Positions 1 to 11,111 of a stretch of DNA of 64,000 bases are shown here, in pieces. Below the pieces are notes generated by a model. It was not told where the DNA came from, did no database searches, and saw only the letters and a program-made list of their open reading frames with translations. The position numbers were made by a program, and so were the translations under genes. The stretch lies in NCBI GenBank assembly GCA_040954595.2, contig CM082582.2:6509963-6573962 (forward strand). The letters are read 5' to 3'. The DNA comes from Balanoglossus misakiensis (Eukaryota > Animalia > Hemichordata). Every line of letters starts with the position of its first letter. Position 1 is the stretch's first letter.

Positions 1-128
1 TGGTGAAATTATTGCATTATATAGATATATAGTGTAGAGAATTGAAATTGATAATTTTCTAGACACAAACATACAGCTATTTGGAAGCATTTGAAAATTT
101 AAAATGTTTTATATTTCAAATAATTCAG

Positions 129-2819
129 GGTGAAGTGGGCAAGGAAATGTACATTGTAAACAGTGGAATAGTGGAAGTCATGGGTGGTGAGGACGGAACC
201 AAAGTCTTGGCAACATTACATCCTGGGAGTGTCTTTGGAGAAATCAGGTCAGTATTACTACTGTTAGGGTCTTTTTGTTGGTTGTGTTCTTTGTTGGTAT
301 TTTCTCTTGCTGTTTCGAATCTGGAGCAAAATCATAATTTACTTTTCACATTTTCCTCAAAGAAGGGTGATTTCAGACAGCAGAATTGAAAGTAAGGTAA
401 AGGCTTTCTAAAGATCTGAAATGCGAAATACAGTCTTGTGAAACACTCCAAGACAACGATATTGGTACACAGTGAAACTGTCACCTACTGCCCTCAACGT
501 CCATGCACAAATTGAACTTTTGTTTTTTCTTCATTCGCATCTCAGTCTTCTTGCAATGGGAGGTGGCAACAGACGAACTGCGGATGTCATCTCGTCAGGT
601 TTCGCTAATTTATTCGTACTGCAGAAACAGGATTTACAAGAAGCAATTGTCAACTATCCCGAAGCCCAGGAGAGTCTGAAACGGAAAGCTAAGTAAGTGG
701 TCTTTCTCGGGTGTATTTGGTGTACATTCAAACCTGTTTTGAAAACCTTGAACATTTTGCAGAATTTGCACAATTTGGTAAGGTCATCTCACTCTGCCTA
801 TCAGACAGAGAAGAGAAATCAGTGGCACTATGCAAAGACAGCTAACATTCCATATGTAAAGTCTCTCCTAACCTGTCTTAAATATCACGATCTTACTGTG
901 GCATACTGGACAAATCACTGGTTGTAGACAGTTTCTTGGAATATGAATGAACATATCTGATCACACCCTTGTGACTTGGCCAAAACTGCAACTTTAATAC
1001 TGAGATGTGATTTGGCAAGGGTTTTCTTTCTACGAAAAAATCATCAACAAAAGCTGGTGCTTCTGTCTCTTTCACGTTTGCAACTTTTTTTTCAGAGAAA
1101 TCATGAAACAGAATGAAGCCAACAAGACGGACAAGAAGAAGAAGCGCGGCAAATCGCTGATCGCTGAAAGCATCCTGACCAAACGGCGCGAGAACACCCC
1201 GAGAATGTTCGACGCCGTCCTCCAGGTTGCCAGGAGCAACCGGCTGTCGCACAGCATCCTGAAAGGCGCAGCCAAGCGGAAGAATAGTGTGTTTGCAGAG
1301 TATTCATATCATTCCTCCACTGGGTCTGATTCATCACTGAACGATTGCGACGGGCAGTCGCCGGCGAACAGCAGACCAGGTTAGTGTGTCTCTCATATTT
1401 CAACCTTCTAGTTTCCAGATAAACAGTTTGCCACAAAATTCACAGTATTATTTTATTTCACAATTTTATTCCTTCCTACATGTACTGTGTCCTCCCCTTC
1501 TCTTCTGAAACAGCATGGAGAATTATACCGTTTGTGAGTAAACAATTCTGAGTAAGCGTGGCCCCTTGTCAGCTCCACAATTTTGTCCATGTATAGCATC
1601 AGAAAAACGCTTGGTATATACCATAGTCATCCGATGAATGAGATGCATAGATACATTACATTGAATTATTAGTCCACCATGATATCATATGCCATTTTCA
1701 TCTACAGTTACAAGATACAAAAGAAAGAAAAAGTCCCCCGACAAGAGGAAAGATCGCAAAATTCTAGAACACGACAAGAAGCCCTCTTCGTTCGATTCCG
1801 CCGTTATCGTGCACACCTCCCCGAAGAGCGAATACGGAATCGAGAACGACAGCGACAGTTCGGTGAGAGCGAAACCCAGCAGGAAATCTGGCGGTAGGAA
1901 GAGAGACAGGGCGCGACGCGGCAGCCTGGACGACTTCGACTGCGACTCCTTGTTGAACGACGACAAGGCGGAATTCGTCAACGAGGAGAAACGCAAGTTG
2001 GTGAAGAGGAAATCGCGAGACTCCGTGCTGAATGCCATCAGTGACATCATGAAGAACACGGAGGACACCGACTCTTTGGGGCGGCCAATGGGAGCCCGGT
2101 CTGCCAGTGCTAATTTGAATAGGGGCGCAGGGGGTGTCGCCGCTAGTAAGAGTCCTAAAGGGAAAGCCCATGAGGAACCGAAACCAAAAGAGAAGAAAGT
2201 CGATCCCGATCTGGACGGTCTGTCTGATATCTTGAACGACAGTCTCGACAGTGATCATTTTAAACAATCGGCGACGACGCCTGCGAAAGAACCAGATCGA
2301 AGCGGATCACTCGCGAAAAGCGACAAAACCAAGACAGCTGCAGACGGACACAAGTCGGCGGAGAAGATTCCGCAAAAACTGCCTCCGCTGAAGCCGGCAC
2401 AGGCCGGGAAGAACGCGTCCGCAACCGGCAAAGCCAAACAGCAGAGCGGTGGTGCCAAGAAAAAGCCGGCGGCGGTCCCTCACCCAACCAGGAAATCTTC
2501 AACCAGCAAGGCAGACTCTGGCGTGCCCCCCGCTGCCAAACAGTCGCAGGGTCAACCAACTCACAGCGGACAGAGCAGCCAGGCCAGCAAGAAGGCGACG
2601 CAACCCACATCAGGGAAACAGCCAGTCACCAGGAAACAGTCCACTGTCAGTAGACAACCCAGCAGGCAGACCAGTTTCTCCACTAAACCAGCGCCCAAAG
2701 AGTCAACACAAACAAAACAACAGGATGCCGCTAATAAAGCAGATGGAAGTCAGCCAGCAAAAGTGCCAAGTTCTGAAACAAAGGATGATAAGAAACATTA
2801 TGAAAGCAAGAAAAAATAA
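129..2819 (+). CDS. Cyclic nucleotide-gated channel, beta-subunit-like (CNGB/TAX-2 type), 3' part only; exons 129-247, 546-692, 1096-1379, 1708-2819
   Basis: Spliced translation gives the [14 protein letters not shown]...[22 protein letters not shown]...[13 protein letters not shown], close to the CNGB1 motif [26 protein letters not shown] junctions keep frame. A long K/S/Q-rich tail ends at TAA 2817-2819. The 5' exons lie outside the window. Confidence 0.9.
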
Positions 2820-2948
2820 TCTAAACACTTTCAAATTGGGTCTTATTGGCAAGGAAATGTACACTAAAAATAATACTGGTACATTGTCAAATTTGTTTAT
2901 TTATTCATTTGAGGATATATTTGCTTGTCCATGCAATTATATATAATC

Positions 2949-2950
2949 AT

Positions 2951-2985
<35 letters not shown>

Positions 2986-2988
2986 TTT
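2949..2988. repeat. (TTTA)n microsatellite in the CNG 3' region
   Basis: Direct tandem atttatttattt run. Confidence 0.9.
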
Positions 2989-4134
2989 GTCTTGTTTTTA
3001 AGACATTTTCCTTTTTTTTTCAGTCATACAATATACATGTGCATTCAAGCCATAATCACAAATGGACAAGTTTTACTTTTGAAAACTTTTACTTGCTTTT
3101 ATTTCAGATTTTTCCTCAATTTTAAATGAGACTGATATTGCTTGCCAAAGGGAGATATTGATACGATATGGGACATCAGAGATCGATCTCCATTTATGTG
3201 ATATCACTTTTGAACTTTTTTCTGAAAACTTTTAGCCAAAGAAGTATGATATACTAGTATTGTGTCGATCGGCATATCATTAGAGTGTGAGATGGACATT
3301 TACATGAATGTTGAGATAAACTTTTATGAAATTCATTTCAGAAAAGCCTATTTCTGTTTGTGTTCTGTGCAGAAATTATTCGCATCATGTCATGGCTTCT
3401 GATTTTTGACAGAACATGTCAATTTTCAACTGTTTGTTCTATGTTTTAGTCTTTAAAGCAGGACGCCCTCTAGGGAGTACCTTCATAAGCCAAACACATT
3501 GCGTTTGATTTTTAATTGTATATATTGAGAAATATATTGTGTATATTTGTCTGATAAGATATTAATATATTACACTAATTCACACAATTTTCCCCATTGG
3601 TTGACTTCGCAGCATTCCATACCATTTCAACAATTATTGACAAGCCTGGCCTCGGGCTGTAGATCTATACATGTAAACTCTCCAGAATATCAACCAACTA
3701 TTTTGTATATCAAACTGCATATTCCAACTTTGATTGTCATTCAGTGTGTATGTTTTCTTAACATATTTGAAAGTGATGACTTTGAAAATGTGCCCTTTTT
3801 TAGTCACGGCAGAAGTTAACCTTGAGTAACCTTGATCTGATAGTAAGATGGCTGGCCATACATGAATTTCATATGCACAGTTGTGATATATTTCCACAAA
3901 TATTGTAAAATCATTGTGATTGTATGATTAAAGTGTTGCTCATTTCAGTTTCACGGGAACTTGTTCATCAGTGAAAGTTATTCCGAAAGACAGTGCCATG
4001 CTCCGCTGACGGCTTGTGGAGCATATGGCGCCCTCTATAGCCGGAACATAACGTTTTCGACGGAAATCAACAGGTAGCAAAAACGGTAATTATGACATTA
4101 ATGCAACATAAATCCGAAATCATGGAAGCTCTAG

Positions 4135-4700
4135 TGTAGAGGTTTAACGAGGTCCATTTTACATTTCTGAATGCCTTTGCGGTTTTTGTAATTACTCAGC
4201 AGGCGCGGCACACGCGCCAAAACCGATTAGCCTGTTAGTACGCACGTTCAGTTTTCATTCAATGTTTGCCTTTGGTTGTCTAGCAACGACGATTTCGAGC
4301 GACAGCTGTCAATCATTTATTTAGCTACTTTTCTTGGCTTGAAGCCGACATGATATGTAGATTTTAGGTGCTTTCTCCGACGTCCGATATGCAAATTAGC
4401 TTTTCTGATTTTGAATCCGACCCGAGGGTATATAAGTAGCGATTCTCTTTAAAACGGGGTCGCTCAAGGGGTTTTTCTTATCGAGGCCACACCAGCAACA
4501 GCAAAGAAGGTACAGCTCTTCATTTTTTACGCAGTATTGTTGATAATTTTTCGTGTTCAGTTAATAAATACGCCACGTTGGCTTCTACACTTTATTATTT
4601 TGTCCTTGTGCGCTCTGTCACTCGGGTGTAAGGTCGTTACCCTTACTGATCACCTGACCAGTCTCAACGTAATAATAACGACGAAGGAAAAATCTCGACA
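4135..4700 (+). repeat. 5' LTR (566 bp)
   Basis: TGTAGA...CTCGACA; matches the 3' LTR line by line at offset 7800. TATA-like TATATAA near 4429 and AATAAA near 4563. Confidence 0.98.
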
Positions 4701-4702
4701 AT

Positions 4703-4721
4703 TGGTGGCAGCGGTGGGATT
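4703..4721 (+). promoter_or_regulatory. Primer-binding site complementary to the tRNA-Leu 3' end
   Basis: TGGTGGCAGCGGTGGGATT, 2 nt after the LTR, is the reverse complement of AATCCCACCGCTGCCA-CCA, the 3' end of metazoan tRNA-Leu(AAG/TAG-type). Confidence 0.88.
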
Positions 4722-4809
4722 TTACGTCAGAGACTGTAGTACGAGAGCACAAGTTGAGCGACCAACGAAATAAAACTGAAATCGAGAACTTAACTCCCCT
4801 TCGAAAATT

Positions 4810-6393
4810 ATGTCAGCCCCCGACGACAGCACATCGGCTGTCGACAGAACAAGTAGTTTAGATGACACCGATAAGGTAATAATGTTTAAGGCATCGAACA
4901 AATCACCTGATACGTCCGACTCCGAAGAGAGTACTTGTGGCCCCATGAGTGGAGGTCCTGCCAAAGTACACAGCCCCTTTGCCGAAGTTTTGTCGAAAAC
5001 TGTCGGGAGGGTGCGGTCCACGTTATTCGGTTCAGCGGCACCTAAACAAAACAGCCCCGTCACGCACTCGCCTGGCCCACAACTCTCGACCCCAGGACCC
5101 TCTGGCGACCAACTCAGCCGATTCGTCCCCCAATCTCCGTTGTCTAATACCGACGAATCGACGTCATCCCCGAAAATATATGAACAACAAGGGGGGCGAC
5201 CAAAACACCGTTCTCCAGTCGTGCCACCGCAGCGGGAGTCGACGATCGAACGAAACGCCGTGCGGTTCGACCTCCGCACGTCTACACCCAACTTCGAATC
5301 TCCCCCAGAAAGACCTACCGTAGTCCCGGTGTCGTATGACCACGACCCTAGTACTCGAAGACGTGAGGAATCAGCTTTGTCTCCGTCTGAACAGCACCGT
5401 AATATACGCAAAAACGACGATCAGCGCTCCAGCACGACCGACCGAGATTATCCCGACCATTTCTCTGCCGACGCTGTACCCTATCCGTATCACCGCCTAA
5501 ACGACGAAATGAATGTGAACGTCACACCTCACCCTCATGGACCGTATGGGATACGCCCCCCTCACCGCCCACTGGTTATGCCCGACCGATTTGACGGAAT
5601 AATATCATGGGAAGATTATAAATCCCATTTCCAATATTGTTCCCTGCTTAATGGCTGGAATGAAGCACAAAAAGGTCAGTTTCTAGCAGCCTTGCTGAAT
5701 GGCCCCGCCCAGAAAGTGTTAAAGCGATTAGAGAATAATGGTAAGGTGACGTATGCCCGTTTAGTTCGACAATTGGACAACCAGTACAGCACCGTCGGCC
5801 AAGCTGAAAAGTTTCTGTTTCAGCTACAAAGTCGACGTCGCCGTCGCGACGAATCCCTCGCAGAATTCGGAAACTCCATCCTAGAGCTCACCGAATGCGC
5901 CTATCCTGAGCTCGATTCTACCGCCGTAGACAGATTAGCGAGGCAGTACTTCGAGACAGCCCTTACCGACCCGATGTTACGCATGGATCTGCACCGTTCC
6001 CAACCGAAGTCGATGAACGACGCGATCCGAACGGCCATCTCCCTGGAGGCCTATTTCCTAGCTGAGGACGACCGGGCGAATCGCCGCCGCCCCTTATCTC
6101 GACGCATCCAACAGACTGATCATAACATCGACGAAGCTACATCCTACAACGGCTCAGTCCTGCGTGTCCGGAACGAACGGACTTCATCGGACCGACCTCC
6201 TGATCGTCGCGATTCTTGGAGCGACGAAACACAGAGAAGGTATCAGCGGGGCGAATGTTTTCTCTGCGGAGAAAAGGGACATTTGCGCCGATCTTGCCCC
6301 CATCGTCAGGACGGGGGAAACGACAGCCGACCAAACGACAGGGGCAACGCGAGGTCGGACAACGGTACCCAGCCCCGCCCCCGAAATTTGTAA
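4810..6393 (+). CDS. gag: Gag polyprotein (527 aa)
   Basis: Pro/Ser-rich N-terminus, capsid-like region (PDRFDG..WEDY..HF...NGW), and a single CCHC knuckle CFLCGEKGHLRRSC. Confidence 0.93.
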   Translation: MSAPDDSTSAVDRTSSLDDTDKVIMFKASNKSPDTSDSEESTCGPMSGGPAKVHSPFAEVLSKTVGRVRSTLFGSAAPKQNSPVTHSPGPQLSTPGPSGDQLSRFVPQSPLSNTDESTSSPKIYEQQGGRPKHRSPVVPPQRESTIERNAVRFDLRTSTPNFESPPERPTVVPVSYDHDPSTRRREESALSPSEQHRNIRKNDDQRSSTTDRDYPDHFSADAVPYPYHRLNDEMNVNVTPHPHGPYGIRPPHRPLVMPDRFDGIISWEDYKSHFQYCSLLNGWNEAQKGQFLAALLNGPAQKVLKRLENNGKVTYARLVRQLDNQYSTVGQAEKFLFQLQSRRRRRDESLAEFGNSILELTECAYPELDSTAVDRLARQYFETALTDPMLRMDLHRSQPKSMNDAIRTAISLEAYFLAEDDRANRRRPLSRRIQQTDHNIDEATSYNGSVLRVRNERTSSDRPPDRRDSWSDETQRRYQRGECFLCGEKGHLRRSCPHRQDGGNDSRPNDRGNARSDNGTQPRPRNL

Positions 6394-9300
6394 GACCCCA
6401 CCATCGACCAGCAAACCGCAACGGCAACAGAGATGTTACTTTTTCCCCCAGTTCCAATAAACGACAGAATGACGACAATGGTTTTAGTCATAATTTGCGA
6501 CCGGCGTTCTACGTAATGACTCGAATCAATGGGTTAGACGTTTGTTCTTTCATTGATAGCGGGTCGGAAATCACAATAATTTCAAAGCAAGTGTATAATA
6601 AGTTACCGGAGTCTCGTCGCCCTCCGCTAGCCCCGTCAACTATTCAACCGTCCATGGCCGATGGGTCTACACGTCTTTTTCTTTACGGGGAGGCCGACTT
6701 CAATATTTCGGTGGGTAATAATACGACGGAAATGCATGCATTCGTTGCCGACATTAGTGAAAATGTAATTCTGGGGGGCGACTACTTACTACAGGGTCAG
6801 GCAGAAATTCGTACGCATTCTTTGACGTTGGGATTTCACGACGGAGACGTCCCCTTGTTGGACCGGCGGGGAGGAAACCTGACTGCCCGGGTGTCAGTGA
6901 CACACGACGTCGTCGTGCCTGCCGGTCATGAGGTGGTCATCGCTGGTCATTTATCCCGTCCCATCACAGGTAGTATTTGTGGTGTTGTCGAGCCAACACG
7001 AGGTAATCTGGCGGCGAAACACGGTGTTGTCGTCGGAAGAATTTTAGTCAGTACCGCCAATAGAAACGTGCCATTGCGATTATTGAACGTCAGCGAAAAG
7101 GACCACTTCATTCGGCGTGGTACGGTGGTCGCCGTAACTACCAGCACCGATACAACAATTCTTCCCCAACCTGTGGAGCCAGCGATTAGTGACCCTAAGA
7201 ACGAATTCTCCACCCCACCTAAACCGATACCGACGCATCTGGAAGATATATATAAGGAAAGCCTCGAGACAGTGGGAAAATCGAATGCGGGGAAAATTGC
7301 CGACTTTCTCTGCAAATGGGAGAATATTTTCTCCAGAGATAAAAGCGACGTCGGCCGGAGCAACATAACGAAACATCATATTTCAACTGGTGATCATCCA
7401 CCGCTCAGACAACAACCCCGACGACAATCCCCCTGGACTCGGGAAGAGACGACCAAATTAGTGAATGAGATGCTTCGTAGTGACGTAATCGAGCCATCTC
7501 ACAGTCCCTGGGCTGCTCCGATTGTTCTAGTGCGTAAATCGGACGGTAGCTCTCGGTTCTGTGTAGACTACCGCCGTCTTAACGACATTACGAAAAAGGA
7601 CGCATACGCCATACCACGAATCGAAGACAGTGTCAACGCACTTGCCGGAGCTTGCTGGTTCACAACGCTCGACCTCACCAGTGGCTTTTGGCAGGTGGCA
7701 CTCGACGACGATGCCAAAGAAAAGACTGCCTTCACAACATGGAACGGCCTGTTTCAGTGGAAAGTGATGCCGTTCGGACTTTGCAACGCGCCGGCAACTT
7801 TTCAACGACTGATGGAGTACGCACTGGCAGGGTTACAATGGGAGATCCTGCTGTTGTATTTAGACGATATCATCGTTTTCGCCTCTTCCTTCGACCAAAT
7901 GTTAGAACGACTAGACATGGTATTCCATCGTTTGCAGACAGCCGGCTTAAAGTTGAAACCCAGTAAATGCAAATTGTTTCAGAAACAAGTCGACTATTTA
8001 GGCCATCGCGTTTCCGCCGCCGGAATCGAAACGAGCCCCAAAAAGGTCGAAGCCGTCAAGTTTTGGCCCACACCGACAAACGTGCATGAAGTTCGCGCAT
8101 TCTTAGGCCTTGCGTCTTACTATCGCCGGTTCGTCCACAACTTTTCAATCATCGCGAGACCCCTTACCAGGCTGACCGAGAAAAACCAACCCTTCTTCTG
8201 GGACAACGAATGCGACTGCGCCTTCAACACTCTCAAAGGAAAGCTCATAAGTGCGCCAGTGTTAGCTTATCCAATCCCCGATGCTCCCCTCATCCTCGAC
8301 ACCGACGCTAGTAAGTTTGGGATAGGCGGCGTCCTCTCTCAAATCGAAAACGGCGTTGAACGAGTCATCAGCTTTGCCAGCCGGAGTCTATCGAAAGCCG
8401 AGCGGAACTACTGTGTTACGCGGAAAGAATTACTCGCAGCGGTCCACTTCATGAAACACTTTCGCCCATATTTATACGGTCAGCCCTTCACACTTCGAAC
8501 AGACCACGCCTCTCTCCGATGGCTTGTCAACTTCAAGGAACCTGAAGGACAACTGGCTCGTTGGCTCGAAGTTATAAGCGAATTCGACTACAAAATAATA
8601 CATCGACCGGGAAAGAAACATCAGAATGCAGACGGCCTGTCAAGGAGGCCGTGCCGACAGTGTGGACGAGCCCACCCCAGCGATAGGCCGGCCGACCAAG
8701 AGAACGCACCAACGTTAGCGAAGGTGACGGTGCCAGGTTACCAATCGACAGCAACACAGACCGAGACCGACCCAGCGAACACAAACTCATCATCAACCGG
8801 GGACCTGCCAACGTCGACGTCAACCGGACCCGAAACCGAGCGTCGTAAATCAAGTTGTCCTGATGTCGACGGCGACCCGGAAGAGAAAACGACAAATGCA
8901 ATTGGCCTACAACTACGTTATGACAACGAAACACTGCGAAAACTACAACTGGATGATCCCGACGTTGGCCCAATATTACGACTGAAGGAAGGTGACGATA
9001 CGCGCCCAGACTGGCAAACGGTATCCCCTTCCAGTTCAGCAGTAAAGGCATATTGGGGTTCGTGGGATTTGCTAGAAATTCACGACGGCGTACTTTATCG
9101 GCGATGGATATCCAGCCGAGACAATACCCACCGATTATTACTGATTCCCCCGTGCTCACTCAAAGACGAAATATTCGACGAGTTACATTCGGCCAAAACT
9201 GCAGCTCATTTTGGTGTTTTTAAGACGAAACGGAAAATTCTCCAACGGTATTATTGGTATGGTGCGACGAACGACATTAGGGCGATGATCAGACGATGCG

Positions 9301-10451
9301 ACGTATGTGCTGCTAGAAAGAGCCATGGACGAAAACGTCGTGGACGGCTTCAACAGTACGTCGTCGGATCCCCTCTTGATCGAGTGGCATTCGATATAAT
9401 TGGCCCCTTTCCTATCACCGAACGCAACAACAGGTGGATTTTGGTCATCGGCGATTATTTCACCAAGTGGGTAGAGGCGTACCCCATCCCTAACCAAGAG
9501 GCTACGACGGTCGCCGAGAAATTGGCCGGCGAGTTTATAACCCGTTTCGGCACACCACGTCAACTTCATTCCGACCAAGGTGCAAACTTCGAGTCACGGG
9601 TTATGTCAGAAGTATGTCGGCTGCTAGGCATTAAGAAAACCCGCACAGCGCCCTACAACCCAAAGAGTGATGGATACGTCGAACGGTTCATGAGGACAAT
9701 TTCGCAGTCAGTCTCAATCTTGGTCAACCCCGACCAATCCGATTGGGATCTTGTGGTCCCGTACGCGATGATGGCGTACCGAAGTAGCGTCCAGGCGAGT
9801 ACGTCGGAAACACCGGCGATGTTGATGCTCGGTAGAGAAGTCGCACTACCAATAGATTTACTACACGGCCCCACACCCGAACCCGACCAGAACGAGAATA
9901 CAGATTATGCACTACAACTCCGTAAGAGGATGCAACTGGCGCACGAGCGCGCCCGCCTTGCACTGAAAAAGAGTGCGGTTACACAGAAGCGAGAATACGA
10001 CAATCGTGCATCAGGAACTCCACTTGAAGTTGGCCAGTTCGTCTGGCTTCACATCGAGGCGTTCAAAAAAGGGACTTCAAGAAAGTTAGCAGCCCGCCGG
10101 TGGGACGGCCCCTACCTCATCACTGATAAATTGTCCGATGTGCTATTCAGAATTCAACGTGGTAGAAATTACCGACCAAGAGTGATACACTACGATCGCC
10201 TAAAACCTTATACGGGTAACGACGGCGTCGACTGGCGGGACAAACAGCGAATTATCACGGCTACCGAAAACAGTGAAAATGATAGAAGCGAACCGGGTGA
10301 CTGTGTTCACCGCTCGTCCCCACCGCGGCAACGTTCACGCGCCTACCGGCGTTCGAACATGAGCCGCCACCGGCTATATCCCCAGAGACAACGGCAACCG
10401 CCCCAGCGCTACGGTGATTGGTCATATTGTCCCGGCAACGACAGCGTGTAG
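6216..10451 (+). CDS. pol: Pol polyprotein (protease, RT, RNase H, integrase), in the -1 frame relative to gag and probably reached by frameshift
   Basis: Protease FIDSGS; RT RFCVDYR, MPFGLCNAPATFQR, YLDD; RNase H LDTDAS, TDH; integrase H..H..CDVC, DIIG, HSDQG, VER; GPY/F motif WDGPY. No internal stops. Confidence 0.97.
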   Translation: MERRNTEKVSAGRMFSLRRKGTFAPILPPSSGRGKRQPTKRQGQREVGQRYPAPPPKFVRPHHRPANRNGNRDVTFSPSSNKRQNDDNGFSHNLRPAFYVMTRINGLDVCSFIDSGSEITIISKQVYNKLPESRRPPLAPSTIQPSMADGSTRLFLYGEADFNISVGNNTTEMHAFVADISENVILGGDYLLQGQAEIRTHSLTLGFHDGDVPLLDRRGGNLTARVSVTHDVVVPAGHEVVIAGHLSRPITGSICGVVEPTRGNLAAKHGVVVGRILVSTANRNVPLRLLNVSEKDHFIRRGTVVAVTTSTDTTILPQPVEPAISDPKNEFSTPPKPIPTHLEDIYKESLETVGKSNAGKIADFLCKWENIFSRDKSDVGRSNITKHHISTGDHPPLRQQPRRQSPWTREETTKLVNEMLRSDVIEPSHSPWAAPIVLVRKSDGSSRFCVDYRRLNDITKKDAYAIPRIEDSVNALAGACWFTTLDLTSGFWQVALDDDAKEKTAFTTWNGLFQWKVMPFGLCNAPATFQRLMEYALAGLQWEILLLYLDDIIVFASSFDQMLERLDMVFHRLQTAGLKLKPSKCKLFQKQVDYLGHRVSAAGIETSPKKVEAVKFWPTPTNVHEVRAFLGLASYYRRFVHNFSIIARPLTRLTEKNQPFFWDNECDCAFNTLKGKLISAPVLAYPIPDAPLILDTDASKFGIGGVLSQIENGVERVISFASRSLSKAERNYCVTRKELLAAVHFMKHFRPYLYGQPFTLRTDHASLRWLVNFKEPEGQLARWLEVISEFDYKIIHRPGKKHQNADGLSRRPCRQCGRAHPSDRPADQENAPTLAKVTVPGYQSTATQTETDPANTNSSSTGDLPTSTSTGPETERRKSSCPDVDGDPEEKTTNAIGLQLRYDNETLRKLQLDDPDVGPILRLKEGDDTRPDWQTVSPSSSAVKAYWGSWDLLEIHDGVLYRRWISSRDNTHRLLLIPPCSLKDEIFDELHSAKTAAHFGVFKTKRKILQRYYWYGATNDIRAMIRRCDVCAARKSHGRKRRGRLQQYVVGSPLDRVAFDIIGPFPITERNNRWILVIGDYFTKWVEAYPIPNQEATTVAEKLAGEFITRFGTPRQLHSDQGANFESRVMSEVCRLLGIKKTRTAPYNPKSDGYVERFMRTISQSVSILVNPDQSDWDLVVPYAMMAYRSSVQASTSETPAMLMLGREVALPIDLLHGPTPEPDQNENTDYALQLRKRMQLAHERARLALKKSAVTQKREYDNRASGTPLEVGQFVWLHIEAFKKGTSRKLAARRWDGPYLITDKLSDVLFRIQRGRNYRPRVIHYDRLKPYTGNDGVDWRDKQRIITATENSENDRSEPGDCVHRSSPPRQRSRAYRRSNMSRHRLYPQRQRQPPQRYGDWSYCPGNDSV

Positions 10452-11111
10452 CCGCAGAGGATACGACGGGTATCACGGGAGAATCGCACGCTCCCCAGAG
10501 ATTGGCATCTCTGCCCAGTGTAGCCAGGAACAAGAGTGCGGGAGGAAGGACGACGGAAGTGAAGTGCGGGAAAAGGAATTATTTAATAAATCAGAAGGCC
10601 GAGATAGATAGAGATGGTGATGTATCTTAGCCTACGACTACGACTACGACTACGATGAAGCGAGAAGTCGCACGATGCAGCGAGAATGCCGTCGAGCGAT
10701 ATACCTGATATATTAGAATTTAGATAGGAGCCGGCCGATAGTATCTTATGCCGTATGTACCGGCGATGATATGCCGTCTTCAAAAATTATTTCGACTGTC
10801 CAGAAGGTAAGCACGTCGAATTTTGTGCTTTCTACATGAATTCACCATTGGCGAAAACTTCTCTTTTTCTGTTTGGATTGAGGATCATCGGCACTCCGCT
10901 GGCCGTGAAAAAGCGTCCAATCAGTGCACGACTTGCGTGGATTTCTTAGACGACCAACGGCAATCCTCCGTTCCGTCACGGTTAATTTTAGGGGGGTTGG
11001 ACCAAGCTTGGTTCGCTACGTTGAGAACAGTATAAATAGGGCAACAATGAACCGGGAACGTCGCTCTTCTCACCCGGTCCGATCAGCGCAGAAACCACTA
11101 AACTACAAGAG

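Noticed and set aside
1513-1533. Possible CNG micro-exon (cag|catgg...ttt|gtgagt)
   Set aside because: Its 20-nt length would break the frame between the flanking phase-1 junctions.
4722-5411. 229-aa antisense ORF over gag, and other antisense ORFs over pol and the CNG tail
   Set aside because: Shadow frames of GC-rich coding sequence with non-ATG starts or no recognisable motifs.
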